In this document: piece by piece, positions 32,836 to 42,492 of the stretch | How the letters are laid out: every line of letters starts with the position of its first letter | How positions within the stretch are numbered: the first letter of the stretch is position 1 | DNA from: an uncultured Chloroflexota bacterium | Lineage (GTDB): Bacteria > Chloroflexota > UBA6077 > CF-72 | DNA length: 64,000 bases | Reading direction: 5' to 3' | Assembly: GCA_964435115.1 (NCBI GenBank) | Contig: CAYSYM010000003.1 | Coordinates: forward strand, 66,421-130,420 | Translations under genes and position numbers: made by a program | Notes under the pieces: generated by a model | Seen by the model: the letters and a program-made list of their open reading frames with translations, nothing else | What the model was told of the DNA's origin: nothing | Database searches by the model: none

Positions 32836-33651
32836 GTGGTGCTGACACTGGGCGGCGTGGACCTGGAGATCCAGCCCGGCGAGCTGCTGGCCCTGGTGGG
32901 CCCCTCAGGCTGCGGCAAGTCCACGCTGCTGGCCATCGTCGCCGGGCTGCTCCGGCCAACCCAGGGTGAGGTCCGCATCGACGGCCGGCCGGTCAGCGGC
33001 CCGGGCCGCGACCGCGGTGTCGTCTTCCAGGAGCTGGCCATCCTCCCCTGGCGCACCGTCGCCGGGAACGTCGGCCACGGGCTCGAGATCCAGAAGGTCC
33101 CGCGCCCGCAGCGCGAAGCCACCGTACGGCGGTTCGTCGAGCTCGTCGGCCTGGACGGCTTCGAGCACAAGTACCCCCACGAATTGTCCGGCGGCATGAA
33201 GCAGCGTGTGGCCGTGGCGCGGGCGCTGGCGGCCAACCCCGACGTGCTCCTGATGGACGAGCCGCTCGCCGCCGTCGACGCGCAGATGCGCATCACCCTC
33301 CAGGAGGAGCTGCTCCAGATCGCCGCAGCGACGCGGAAGACGATCATGTTCGTGACGCACAGCGTCGACGAGGCGGTCTTCCTGGGCGACCGGGTGGCCG
33401 TCTTCAGCGCGCGGCCGGGGCGCGTAAAGGAGCTGGTCGAGGTCCGCACGGCGGTCACGCAACGCGCGCTCCAGGACGTCGTCGTCACACTCCAGTTCCC
33501 ACCCGAGCAGTTCCACATCAAGCTCTTCCAGTCGTACGGCACGGTGAGCGGCGTGCGGGGCGACGCGGTGATCATCCGGCGGGTCCCGCCGGAGGCCGTG
33601 TCGGAGATCGCCAGGCTCTACTGGGTCCGCCAGATCGAGCCACTCCGATAA
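32836..33651 (+). CDS. ABC transporter ATP-binding protein (NitT/TauT family), apparently missing its 5' end
   Basis: Walker A GPSGCGKST, signature LSGGMKQRVAVARAL, Walker B LLMDEP. Only about 12 aa precede the EIQPGE motif where about 30 are expected, and an in-frame TAG lies 4 codons upstream. Confidence 0.7.
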   Translation: MVLTLGGVDLEIQPGELLALVGPSGCGKSTLLAIVAGLLRPTQGEVRIDGRPVSGPGRDRGVVFQELAILPWRTVAGNVGHGLEIQKVPRPQREATVRRFVELVGLDGFEHKYPHELSGGMKQRVAVARALAANPDVLLMDEPLAAVDAQMRITLQEELLQIAAATRKTIMFVTHSVDEAVFLGDRVAVFSARPGRVKELVEVRTAVTQRALQDVVVTLQFPPEQFHIKLFQSYGTVSGVRGDAVIIRRVPPEAVSEIARLYWVRQIEPLR

Positions 33652-33669
33652 CAGCGAGGAGACAGTACA

Positions 33670-34095
33670 GTGGCAACAGTGATCAAGGCCGACGGCCTGC
33701 CCAAGGATCTGACCTACGAGCCGCCATTGCGGATCGAGTTCGGCGTGAACAGCCACACCTGTGGCGCCAGCAGGATCACGAACGGGCGGACGGTCGTACC
33801 GCCCGGGGCCAGGAACACGCCCCACATCCACCAGCACTGCGAGGCTTCTATGTACGTGATCAGCGGCCGGATGCGGGTGGTCACCGGCCCGCCCGAGGGG
33901 CCGTGGGCCGAGCAGGATGTGGAGGCCGGCAGCTTCTGCTACGTGCCGCGCGGGGAGGTGCATGGCCTGCAGAACCTGAGCGACACCGAGCCCGTGGTGC
34001 TGATCTTTGCCTACGGCGGCGTTGCCAGCAAGGAGGCGGCTGGCACCGTCGAGTGCCCCTACCCCGGCGCGCTGGCGCAGACGGCGGCGCGCTGA
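33670..34095 (+). CDS. Cupin domain protein
   Basis: 141 aa with cupin motifs (PHIHQHCEASMYVISG, VPRGEVHGLQN). Confidence 0.6.
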   Translation: MATVIKADGLPKDLTYEPPLRIEFGVNSHTCGASRITNGRTVVPPGARNTPHIHQHCEASMYVISGRMRVVTGPPEGPWAEQDVEAGSFCYVPRGEVHGLQNLSDTEPVVLIFAYGGVASKEAAGTVECPYPGALAQTAAR

Positions 34096-34109
34096 GAGGA
34101 ACAGGACTG

Positions 34110-35114
34110 ATGACCGTCGACATCCACGCCCACGTCCTCACCGAACGGGCCGCGGCCCGCATGCAGCGCGTCTCACCCGAGCACGCCCCCCGCATCCTGA
34201 GCTCGGGGGCGGCGTGGTCGGTCCTCGAGATGGGCGACTTCCGCTACCAGCCCTTTCCGCGGGGCGGCTGGGACGTCGAGCGCCGCCTGGCCGACATGGA
34301 CGCGGCGGGCATCGACGTCCAGGCGCTCTCGGTGGTGCCGTTCACATTCGGCTACCACCTGGAGCCCGGCGTCGGCGCGGCGTTCGCGCAGATCCAGAAC
34401 GAGGAGATCGCCGGCCTGGCGCGCGAGCGGCCCGACCGGTTCGTCGGCCTGGCCACGCTGCCGCTGCAGACGCCCCAGGCCGCGGCCGACGAGCTGCGGC
34501 GGGGCATGGGGGAGCTCGGCCTGCGCGGCGCGTCCATCGGCACGCACGTCGCCGGGCGCAACCTCGACTGGCCGGAGCTCGAACCTCTCTGGTCCGCCGC
34601 CCAGGAGCTGGGGGCGTTCCTGTTCCTCCACCCCGAGCGCGTGGCGGCCGCCGAGCGGCTGGCCGACTACTACCTCGTCAACCTGCTGGGGAATCCCATC
34701 GACACCTCCATCGCCATCGCCTCGCTGGTCTTCGGCGGCGTGCTCGAGCGGTTCCCCGGCCTCACCCTGTGCTTCGCCCATGGCGGTGGCTTCATCCCCT
34801 ACCAGCGGGGGCGGCTGGAGCACGGCTGGCAGGTGCGGGCGGAGCCCAAACGCGTGATTCGTGAATCCCCTGAGGCGTCGATCAGACGGCTCTACTTCGA
34901 CACCATCCTGCACTCGACCCCCGCCCTGGAGTACCTGGTAGCCACGGTCGGCCCCGGCCAGGTCCTGCTGGGGAGCGACTACCCGTTCGACATGGGGCCG
35001 GCCGACCCCGTTGGCGCGGTCGCGGCTCTGGCGACCCTCGACGCCGGCGACCGCCAGCGCATCCTGGGCGCGACCGCCGAACGGCTGCTCGGCGCCGGCG
35101 TCGGGACGCGTTGA
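34110..35114 (+). CDS. Amidohydrolase-2 family protein (ACMSD-like metal-dependent hydrolase/decarboxylase)
   Basis: MTVDIHAHV, HPERV, FAHGGG, GSDYPFD. Start at ATG 34110 with a GAGAGGAA RBS; the upstream part of the ORF overlaps the cupin gene. Confidence 0.75.
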   Translation: MTVDIHAHVLTERAAARMQRVSPEHAPRILSSGAAWSVLEMGDFRYQPFPRGGWDVERRLADMDAAGIDVQALSVVPFTFGYHLEPGVGAAFAQIQNEEIAGLARERPDRFVGLATLPLQTPQAAADELRRGMGELGLRGASIGTHVAGRNLDWPELEPLWSAAQELGAFLFLHPERVAAAERLADYYLVNLLGNPIDTSIAIASLVFGGVLERFPGLTLCFAHGGGFIPYQRGRLEHGWQVRAEPKRVIRESPEASIRRLYFDTILHSTPALEYLVATVGPGQVLLGSDYPFDMGPADPVGAVAALATLDAGDRQRILGATAERLLGAGVGTR

Positions 35115-35194
35115 GGGTGTCCACTTCGCCGGGCGCCGCGCCGGTGTAGCCTACACCCTTGGCGACCATACCTCGGTAAGGGAGACAGCTTGGC

Positions 35195-36430
35195 ATGGGC
35201 AGTTTTGGGATGGTCGGCGTCGACTGGCAGCAGCGAATCAACTGGGACCGCCTGCGGAGCTACCGGCTGACCCGGGCACGGGAGCGGATGCGCGAGCACG
35301 GGCTCGGCGCCCTCCTGCTGATGTATGACGAGAACGTCCGCTACGTCACCAGCACGCTCACCCCGGGCTGGAATCGCCTCAAGCCGGGTCTGCGCTACGC
35401 GCTCCTGGTGGAAGGCGCCGACCCGATCCTCTACGAGCAGGGGGACATCGGCTTCCAGATCCAGCGCCACGCCCCGTGGATCCCCAGGGAGAACGTGCGC
35501 TACTCCTACGCCTGGATCAAGGGCGCGGCGGGGCCCGCCTCCAGCCAGCAGGTGAAGAAGTTCACCGATGCCATCGTCCGCGAGCTGAAGCGGTACGACG
35601 TCTTCGACCGGCCGCTGGGCGTGGACTTCGTCGACATCAACATGCTGCGCGCGTTCCAGGAGGCCGGCCTCACCTGGACGGACGGGATGACGCCCATGAT
35701 GCAGGCGCGCGCCATCAAGAACGAGGACGAGCAGGAGGCGATGCGGATCGTCGGCGCGATCGGCGATGCGGCGCACTGGGAGACGATGCGGTTCCTGAAG
35801 CCGGGCCTCACCGAGAACCAGGTCACCGCCCACATCATGGAGTACCTGTACAACATCGCCGGCATGGAGGACGTGGAGGACGTCATCGTGTCGTCCGGGC
35901 CCAACACCTGGCCGAACTGGCGCAACTTCTCCGATCGCATCATCAAGCCCGGCGACATCGTGTTCATGGACCTCGCGGCGCTGACCTGGAACGGCTACAA
36001 GTCCTGCTACTACCGCACGTACTGTGTGGGCAAGCAGCCGACGGACGAGCAGCGGCAGGTCTACGAGATAGCCCTGAAGTGGCTGTACGACTCCATCGAG
36101 GCGGTCAAGCCCGGCGCCACCACCCGCGACATCGCCCTCAAGTGGCCCTCAGCGAAGGAGGCGTGGGGGTATGAGGAGGAGGACCAGGCCGCCGCGAACC
36201 TGTGGGGCCACGGGTTGGGGTTGGCCCAGTACGACCAACCCGTGATCTCGCGCATCTGGTCGCTGGATCACCCCATCGAGATCAAGCCAGGGATGGTGTT
36301 CGCGCTCGAGACGCAGCACGGCAAGATGCTCCAGTGGGGCGTGCGCATCGAGGAGATGCTGATCGTCCACGAGGACCGCACAGAGATCATCAGCAGCTTC
36401 CCGGTCGAGCAGATCACCGTCGTGGACTGA
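35195..36430 (+). CDS. M24 family metallopeptidase (creatinase/Xaa-Pro aminopeptidase-like)
   Basis: Creatinase_N region followed by a pita-bread domain with metal ligands (DIVFMDL, HGLGL, ETQHG). Confidence 0.78.
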   Translation: MGSFGMVGVDWQQRINWDRLRSYRLTRARERMREHGLGALLLMYDENVRYVTSTLTPGWNRLKPGLRYALLVEGADPILYEQGDIGFQIQRHAPWIPRENVRYSYAWIKGAAGPASSQQVKKFTDAIVRELKRYDVFDRPLGVDFVDINMLRAFQEAGLTWTDGMTPMMQARAIKNEDEQEAMRIVGAIGDAAHWETMRFLKPGLTENQVTAHIMEYLYNIAGMEDVEDVIVSSGPNTWPNWRNFSDRIIKPGDIVFMDLAALTWNGYKSCYYRTYCVGKQPTDEQRQVYEIALKWLYDSIEAVKPGATTRDIALKWPSAKEAWGYEEEDQAAANLWGHGLGLAQYDQPVISRIWSLDHPIEIKPGMVFALETQHGKMLQWGVRIEEMLIVHEDRTEIISSFPVEQITVVD

Positions 36431-36519
36431 TCCTGCATGCTTCATGGCGTCTCCGAACTAGATCATGTCTCCCGGCACCCACCTCGCGCTCCCCGAGGCC
36501 GGGGCGCGGGCGGGGTGTG

Positions 36520-37935
36520 ATGGGCGCTCACCGGCCGCTCTTGCGGTCCTTGCGAGGCCTCGCGGAGGAGGCGCAGGCTGGCGGCAAGGGCGCGGCCGTG
36601 GCGAGGCTCGCGCAGGCCGGGCTGCCGGTGCCGCCCGCGTGGGTCCTGCCTCGCGCCGTGCTGGACGACCACCTCGCCCGCCTCGGGCTCACCGCCCTGG
36701 CGCAGCAGGTAGAGGATGCCGCGCCCACTGCTTCCAGCCTGGAGGTGCGGCCCGGGGCCGATCTCCCTCTCCCTCCGGGAGAGGGTGGGGGTGAGGGCGT
36801 CTGTCCTCAGCACGGAGCACTCAGCACCCAGCACTCCGTCCTAGGCGAGGGTGCGTGGCAGCCGGCGGCGCGCCGGCTCCGCGCGGCCATCCTGCAGGCG
36901 CCGCTCCCGCCGGCGCTGGGGGAAGCCGTGGCCGGCCTGCTCGCCCGCCTCCGGGCAGCCGACCGGGATGCGACCCTGGCGGTCCGCTCCTCAGCCACCT
37001 GCGAGGGCCTCCCGGGCGCCTCATTCGCCGGGCAGTTCCAGACCTTCCTCAACGTCCACGACGCTGCTCAGGCGCGCGCGGCGATCCGCTCCTGCTGGGC
37101 GTCGCTCTGGTCGACCGCCGCGCTGAGCTACCGCGCCAGCCTGGAGCGGGGCCCGGCGCCGGGGATGGCCGTGCTCCTGCAGCGGTTCATCCGGGCCGAC
37201 GCGGCGGGCGCCGCGCACGTCGACGAGGCCGGCGTCAGCGTGGAGTCGGCCTGGGGGCTCGGCGCATCCGTGATGAGCGGCCTGGTGCTGCCGGACCGCT
37301 ACGACTTCGACCGCGACGGGCAGCTGCTGGCGGCGCGGCCGGGGCGGAAGCCCACGCGGGCCGACGCCGGCGGCGGGAACCTCGAGTGGCGCTCGGTTCC
37401 GACTGAGGCGCAGGAAACGTTCAGCCTCGACGTCGAGTGCGCCGCTCGCGTAGCGCGGCAGGCCATGCGGGCAGCCGCGACCATCGGCCTGCCAGCCGAG
37501 GTGGAGTGGGCTGTGGCGGACGACACGGTGTGGCTGCTCCAGGCGCGGCCGGCCGAGCGCCGGCAGGTGGCGGCGAGTGGCGCGGCGGTCGGCGCCGAGC
37601 TTCGCGGCATCCCGGCTGCCCCGGGCGAGGTCGAAGGCCCGGCCCGCGTCGTGCGCGACCCGCGCGACCTGGACGCGGTGGGCCCGGGCGATGTGGTCGT
37701 CGCGGCCTACGCCAGCGCGGCCGTCGCCACGTGCTTCCAGGGTGCGGGGCTCGTCACCGAGATGGGGGGTAGCAGCGCGCACGCGACGTCCATCGCCGCC
37801 GAGCGCGGCCTGCCGATGGTCGCCGGCGTACTGGGGATCACCCGACGCGTGCGCGACGGCCAGTCAATCCGCGTGGACGGCACCCGCGGCACCGTGCGCG
37901 TGTCCCCCTGGTTCGAGGCGGACCCTGCCGGTTGA
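36520..37935 (+). CDS. PEP-utilizing enzyme (PPDK_N ATP-grasp-like N-domain plus phosphohistidine mobile domain)
   Basis: AEEAQAGGKGAAVARL (PPDK_N start), CEGLPGASFAGQFQTFLNV, and a C-terminal GGSSAHATSIAAERGLPMVAGV phosphohistidine motif. Contains an internal low-complexity G-tract segment. Confidence 0.7.
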   Translation: MGAHRPLLRSLRGLAEEAQAGGKGAAVARLAQAGLPVPPAWVLPRAVLDDHLARLGLTALAQQVEDAAPTASSLEVRPGADLPLPPGEGGGEGVCPQHGALSTQHSVLGEGAWQPAARRLRAAILQAPLPPALGEAVAGLLARLRAADRDATLAVRSSATCEGLPGASFAGQFQTFLNVHDAAQARAAIRSCWASLWSTAALSYRASLERGPAPGMAVLLQRFIRADAAGAAHVDEAGVSVESAWGLGASVMSGLVLPDRYDFDRDGQLLAARPGRKPTRADAGGGNLEWRSVPTEAQETFSLDVECAARVARQAMRAAATIGLPAEVEWAVADDTVWLLQARPAERRQVAASGAAVGAELRGIPAAPGEVEGPARVVRDPRDLDAVGPGDVVVAAYASAAVATCFQGAGLVTEMGGSSAHATSIAAERGLPMVAGVLGITRRVRDGQSIRVDGTRGTVRVSPWFEADPAG

Positions 37936-38011
37936 CGCGCTCGGAGACCGTTCCTAGCATGCCTGTACGGATAGAGATCAGCTCGTTGGTTCAACAGGTG
38001 AGGAGGAACAC

Positions 38012-39256
38012 ATGGCGGTAACACAGTTCGAAGGGCCGTGGCATACAGACCGGTGGTTCGTGAGTCCTTGGAACTACCAGCCCGACGCGCGGGCGAGCTT
38101 CCACTTCGCCCCGCAGATCCGCTTCCACGACGTGACGCTGCGCGACGGTGAGCAGCAAGCCGGGATCGAGTTCACCCGGGATGAGAAGGTCCGCATCGCC
38201 GAGCAGCTCGCCGCGGCCGGGGTCCAGCGCATCGAAGCGGGCATGCCGGTCGTGTCGAAGTCGGATGAAGAGGCGGTCAGGGCGATCGCCCGGTTGGACC
38301 TGGGCGACACCGAGGTCTTCGCCTTCTCACGCTGCATGGTGGAAGACGTCAAGCGAGCAGTCGACTGCGGCGTCAAGGGCGTCGTGGTCGAGATCCCCTC
38401 CAGCGAGCACATCATCCGCACGGCCTACCGTTGGGAGCTGGAGAAGGCGATCGACCTGTCGATCAAGGCCACCCTCTACGCGAAGGAGCAGGGCCTCTAT
38501 GTCGTCTGGTTTCCGATCGACGCGTCCCGGGCGGAGATGACCTGGCTGCTCAAGCTGGTCGAGCGGGTCATGACCGACGGACACATGGACGCGCTGGCGC
38601 TGGTGGACACCTTCGGCGTGCTCAACCCTCAGGCGTGCGCGTACTTCACACGCACCTTCAAGAAGCGCATCAACAAGCCGCTGGAGACCCACTTCCACAT
38701 GGACTTTGGGCTCGGCGTCGCCAACACGATCGCCGCGCTCTCGGAGGGCGCGGAAGTCGTCCACACCACCGTCACGGGGATCGGCGAGCGGGCCGGGAAC
38801 ACCCCGATGGAAGACGTCGCGCTGGCGCTGCTGACGATGTACGGCGTCTCGCCGGGCCTCAAGACCGAGGCGTTCACCGAGCTGTCCGAGCTCGTACGCC
38901 AGCTCGCCGACCTCCAGGTGCCGTCGAACCGCCAGGTCGTGGGCGACCTCCTGTTCGCCGTCGAGTCTGGCATCGTCGCGAGCTGGGTCAGGCACTGCGG
39001 CGACGAGTACCTGACCGAGGTCTTCCCCTTCCGGCCCGAGCTCGTCGGCCAGCAGCCCGCCCGCGTGGTCCTGGGCAAGAACAGCGGGATCGACTCCATC
39101 GGCATCTGGCTCGACCGGATCGGCGTGGACGCGACTGACGAGGAGCAGCTCGAGCTGCTGCAGGCGGTCAAGGCGAAGTCGCTCGAGAAGAAGGGGCTGC
39201 TCACCGAGGACGAGTTCCGCGATCTCGTCTACCGCCTGGTGAAGGTCCCGGCCTGA
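38012..39256 (+). CDS. HMGL-like / pyruvate carboxyltransferase (DRE-TIM metallolyase; IPMS/homocitrate-synthase family)
   Basis: HDVTLRDGEQ and the HxH metal motif ETHFHMD; 414 aa. Confidence 0.75.
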   Translation: MAVTQFEGPWHTDRWFVSPWNYQPDARASFHFAPQIRFHDVTLRDGEQQAGIEFTRDEKVRIAEQLAAAGVQRIEAGMPVVSKSDEEAVRAIARLDLGDTEVFAFSRCMVEDVKRAVDCGVKGVVVEIPSSEHIIRTAYRWELEKAIDLSIKATLYAKEQGLYVVWFPIDASRAEMTWLLKLVERVMTDGHMDALALVDTFGVLNPQACAYFTRTFKKRINKPLETHFHMDFGLGVANTIAALSEGAEVVHTTVTGIGERAGNTPMEDVALALLTMYGVSPGLKTEAFTELSELVRQLADLQVPSNRQVVGDLLFAVESGIVASWVRHCGDEYLTEVFPFRPELVGQQPARVVLGKNSGIDSIGIWLDRIGVDATDEEQLELLQAVKAKSLEKKGLLTEDEFRDLVYRLVKVPA

Positions 39257-39262
39257 GCCAGT

Positions 39263-39297
39263 GGGCAGCGTCCTCTCGCCCGCGGGCGAGAGGACGC
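39263..39297. terminator. Bidirectional intrinsic-terminator-like hairpin between convergent genes
   Basis: cagcgtcctctcgcc-cgcg-ggcgagaggacgctg: a perfect 15-bp stem with a 4-nt loop. Confidence 0.55.
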
Positions 39298-39316
39298 TGC
39301 CGGGGCCCGGCCCCGG

Positions 39317-40627
39317 CTACTCGGCCACGCCCAGGTAGTCCATGAGCGCCGCCGCGTAGACCTTGGCGGTCTTCACCACCGCCTCGGCGGGGATGCGCTC
39401 GTCGATGCTGTGGTGGAAGTTCAGGGTGCCGTAGGCGAACGTGACGACGGGGATCTTCTGGAGGGAGATCATCTGCGAGATCCCCGTGGCGGCCGGGATG
39501 CCGGCGATGGTCGGCACCTCGCCCTGCGTGTCGCGGATGCCCTCCACGAGCGACTGCACGAGCGGGTGATCGGCCGGCACCTCGTTCGAAGGCACCTCGC
39601 GGAGCAGCTCCGCCGAGACGTACAGGTCCCTGGCCGGGTCAGAAAGCTCCGCGCACAGCTTCTTCAGTTCCGCGAACGCTTGCCGCGAGTCCACAGTTGG
39701 GTCGATACGACGGTTGATGTAGAGCTCCACGACATCCGCCGGTCGGTTGGCCGCGCGTTGCGCTGTCTTCACGTTCATCAGCCGCATCGGTGGCTTGCCA
39801 GTGCCGACCACCGGGTCCACGTAGCTGTTCACCTGGCCCATGTGCGCCTGGATGGCCGGCATCACCCGGGCGAGGTTCTCGATCGCCGTCACCCCGTGCA
39901 GCGGCGTCATGCTGTGGTAGTTCTTGCCGTGCACGTCCACCCGGTACTGCTGCATGCCCGAGAAGGCGCGCACCACGTTCGTGTCGCCGATCGCCGAGAA
40001 GTAGGGCCGCGAGACCTTCGAGAACTCGGTGGTCGTCCCGAACAACGCCACGTCCACGTCGAACGTGCGGGTGCTGGCCAGGTGCCGCATGCCGGCTACC
40101 CCGCCAGTCTCCTCGTCCACGTCGTTGATGACCAGCAGGTCGCCACGCAAGCGGATGCCCGCTGCCTGGAGCGCCTTCACCGCCCAGATCAGCGAGACAG
40201 TCGGCGACTTGTGGTCGCAGGTGCCCCGCCCGTAGACGTAGCCATCCTTGAGGATGCCGCCGAAGGGGTCGACGCTCCAGTCCGTCTTCGTCTCACCCGT
40301 CTCCGGGTCGATCCAGCTCTCGCCGTCCTTGACCGCCACCGTGTCGACGTGGGCATTGAAGAGCAGCCGTGGGCCGCCGCCCGCCCCCTTCCACTCGGAG
40401 ATCGTGTTGGGCCGCCCCTTCTCCGCCTCCACCTGCTCCACGGCGAAACCGAGCGCTTCCCACTCGGCGCGCACGAGGTCAGCCATCTCCGCCTCGCCCG
40501 GCGAGCTAGGGTCCAGCCGCACGTTGACGCTCCTCGTGCGCACCATGCGCTGGAGCAGCGCCACCACGTCGGCGTGATGCTGGTCGAGGTACGCCACCAC
40601 CGCCTGCTTCTGCTCAATCAACGTCAT
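39317..40627 (-). CDS. M20 family peptidase (ArgE/DapE/dipeptidase-like)
   Basis: 436 aa from MTLIEQKQ, with NAHVDTV, GRGTCDHK and DEETGG. The cat codon at 40625-40627 was verified and there is an AAGGGAA RBS. The 5' 296 aa of the 730-aa ORF are rejected. Confidence 0.8.
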   Translation of the reverse strand: MTLIEQKQAVVAYLDQHHADVVALLQRMVRTRSVNVRLDPSSPGEAEMADLVRAEWEALGFAVEQVEAEKGRPNTISEWKGAGGGPRLLFNAHVDTVAVKDGESWIDPETGETKTDWSVDPFGGILKDGYVYGRGTCDHKSPTVSLIWAVKALQAAGIRLRGDLLVINDVDEETGGVAGMRHLASTRTFDVDVALFGTTTEFSKVSRPYFSAIGDTNVVRAFSGMQQYRVDVHGKNYHSMTPLHGVTAIENLARVMPAIQAHMGQVNSYVDPVVGTGKPPMRLMNVKTAQRAANRPADVVELYINRRIDPTVDSRQAFAELKKLCAELSDPARDLYVSAELLREVPSNEVPADHPLVQSLVEGIRDTQGEVPTIAGIPAATGISQMISLQKIPVVTFAYGTLNFHHSIDERIPAEAVVKTAKVYAAALMDYLGVAE

Positions 40628-40653
40628 CTCAGATTCCCTTTCGCGCGAGTGGG

Positions 40654-41472
40654 TTAGCGCTCCTTGAGGCGTGGATCGAGGGCATCGCGGATGCCGTCGC
40701 CCAGCAGGTTGAACGCCAGGACCGTCAGCATGATGGCCACGCCCGCCGAGAGCGCGATCCAGGGCGCCTTCTCCAGTTGCTGCGTGCCGCCCTGGATCAT
40801 GCCACCCCAGGTGGGCGTGGGCGGCGCCACACCGAGCCCCAGGAAGCTCAGACTGGCCTCGGTGAGGATCGCGGCGCCGATGTTCAAGGTAGCGATCACC
40901 ACGACCGGTGAGAGGATATTGGGCATCACGTGGCGCGCCAGGATGCGCCAGTCCGGGGCGCCGATCACGCGGGCGGCGCTCACGTACTCGGTCTCGCGAG
41001 CGCTCAGTGTGGAGGCCCGGACGACGCGCGCGAAGCGGGGGACGTTGGTCACCGCGATAGCGGCGATGACGTTCCAGAGCCCGGAGCCCGCGGCGGCGAC
41101 GATGGCGATGGCCAGCAAGATCGGCGGGAAGGTCAGCAGAACGTCCAGGAGGCGGACGATCAGCGCATCCACCCAGCCGCGATAGAAGCCAGCAAGCAGC
41201 CCGAGGAGCAGCCCGACAATCGCGCCGATACCGACCGCCGCCAGGCCGACCGCCAACGATACCCGAGCGCCCCACAGCAGGCGGCTGAGGAGGTCGCGGC
41301 CGAACTCGTCGGCGCCCAGCACGTAGCCGTTGCTGCCGGGGGCCGAGAGGCGGCGCAGGAGCGATTGGGCCGTGGGGTCGCGTGGGGCAAGCAGGGGTGC
41401 CAGCACCGCCACCAGCAGAATCAGGGCCGCCACCACTCCGCCGATCACCAGGCTTGGGTGGCGGCGCAGCAC
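40654..41472 (-). CDS. Peptide ABC transporter permease (DppC/OppC-like)
   Basis: Polytopic; ABC TM domain with LSARETEYVSAARVIGA. Start placed at GTG (VLRRHPSLVIGG); the N-terminus is uncertain. Confidence 0.72.
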   Translation of the reverse strand: MLRRHPSLVIGGVVAALILLVAVLAPLLAPRDPTAQSLLRRLSAPGSNGYVLGADEFGRDLLSRLLWGARVSLAVGLAAVGIGAIVGLLLGLLAGFYRGWVDALIVRLLDVLLTFPPILLAIAIVAAAGSGLWNVIAAIAVTNVPRFARVVRASTLSARETEYVSAARVIGAPDWRILARHVMPNILSPVVVIATLNIGAAILTEASLSFLGLGVAPPTPTWGGMIQGGTQQLEKAPWIALSAGVAIMLTVLAFNLLGDGIRDALDPRLKER

Positions 41473-41549
41473 CTGCCGCCAGCGGGCGGCGGGTATCAGC
41501 CCAGGCCACGGCGTGGGCCTCAGCGCCAGGAGGGCGGCCCGCGGACGCT

Positions 41550-42491
41550 CTAGCTGTACTTGATGCGCGGGTCGAGCCACGTGTAGACGAGGTCGGTCAG
41601 CAGGTTGATGAGGATGAAGAGGGTCGCCACGGCGAACGTAACACCCTGGACCACCGGGTAGTCGCGCGCCAGGATCGCGTCCACCAGCAGCTTGCCGAGG
41701 CCCGGGCGCGCGAACACCGTCTCGGTCACCACCGCCCCGCCAACCAGGTAGCCCATGTTCAGCGCCGCCACCGTGGTGAGCGGAATTGCCGCGTTCTTCA
41801 GCGCGTGCACCCACAGCACCCGGCGCTCGCCGAGCCCCTTCGCGCGGGCGGTGCGGATGTGGTCCTGGGCGAGCACCTCGAGCAGACTGGAGCGGGTCAT
41901 GCGCGCCAGCAAGGCCGCGGTCGCCGCGCCGAGGGCGATGCTAGGCAGGATAAGGTAGCGCGCCAGCGACGAGGGGTCATCCGGCTGGCCGGCGCCGATG
42001 GCCGGCAGCCAGCGTAGCGTGACCGAGAACACCAGGATGAAGACGATGCCCAGGAAGAACACCGGGGTGGACGTGCCGACTGTGGCCAGCAGCATGCTGC
42101 CGAAATCCCAGGCCGTGGCGCGCCGCACCGCGGCGACGACCCCCAGCGGCAGCCCGACGAGCGTCGCGAAGAGCATCGCGCCGAACGCGAGCTGCACGGT
42201 ATAGCCGGCCCGTGCCACGATCTCGTCGAGCACCTGCCGCCTAGTCAGCAGCGACTGGCCCAGGTCGCCGCGCGCGTAGTCGAGGAGGAAGACGGCATAC
42301 GCCTCGAGGAGCGGCCGGTCCAGGCCGAGCTGGGCCCGGAGCTGGGCCAGCGCCTCGGGCGTCGCCAGGTCGCCGAGCATCAGGCGCGCGGGGTCGCCAG
42401 GCGTCAGCCGGATGATCAGGAAGACGAGGCTGACCACCCCGAGCAGCGTGATGGCCGCCAGCCAGAGCTGGCGGAGGAGGTGGTGGAGCAA
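41550..42491 (-). CDS. Peptide ABC transporter permease (DppB/OppB-like)
   Basis: 313 aa, ending in the typical YTWLDPRIKYS. Confidence 0.85.
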   Translation of the reverse strand: MLHHLLRQLWLAAITLLGVVSLVFLIIRLTPGDPARLMLGDLATPEALAQLRAQLGLDRPLLEAYAVFLLDYARGDLGQSLLTRRQVLDEIVARAGYTVQLAFGAMLFATLVGLPLGVVAAVRRATAWDFGSMLLATVGTSTPVFFLGIVFILVFSVTLRWLPAIGAGQPDDPSSLARYLILPSIALGAATAALLARMTRSSLLEVLAQDHIRTARAKGLGERRVLWVHALKNAAIPLTTVAALNMGYLVGGAVVTETVFARPGLGKLLVDAILARDYPVVQGVTFAVATLFILINLLTDLVYTWLDPRIKYS

Positions 42492-42492
42492 G

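Noticed and set aside
40628-41509. The 730-aa ORF 39317..41509 read as one gene
   Set aside because: Its N-terminal 296 aa overlap the DppC-like permease in another frame. The M20 peptidase homology starts at the ATG at 40627, which has its own RBS.
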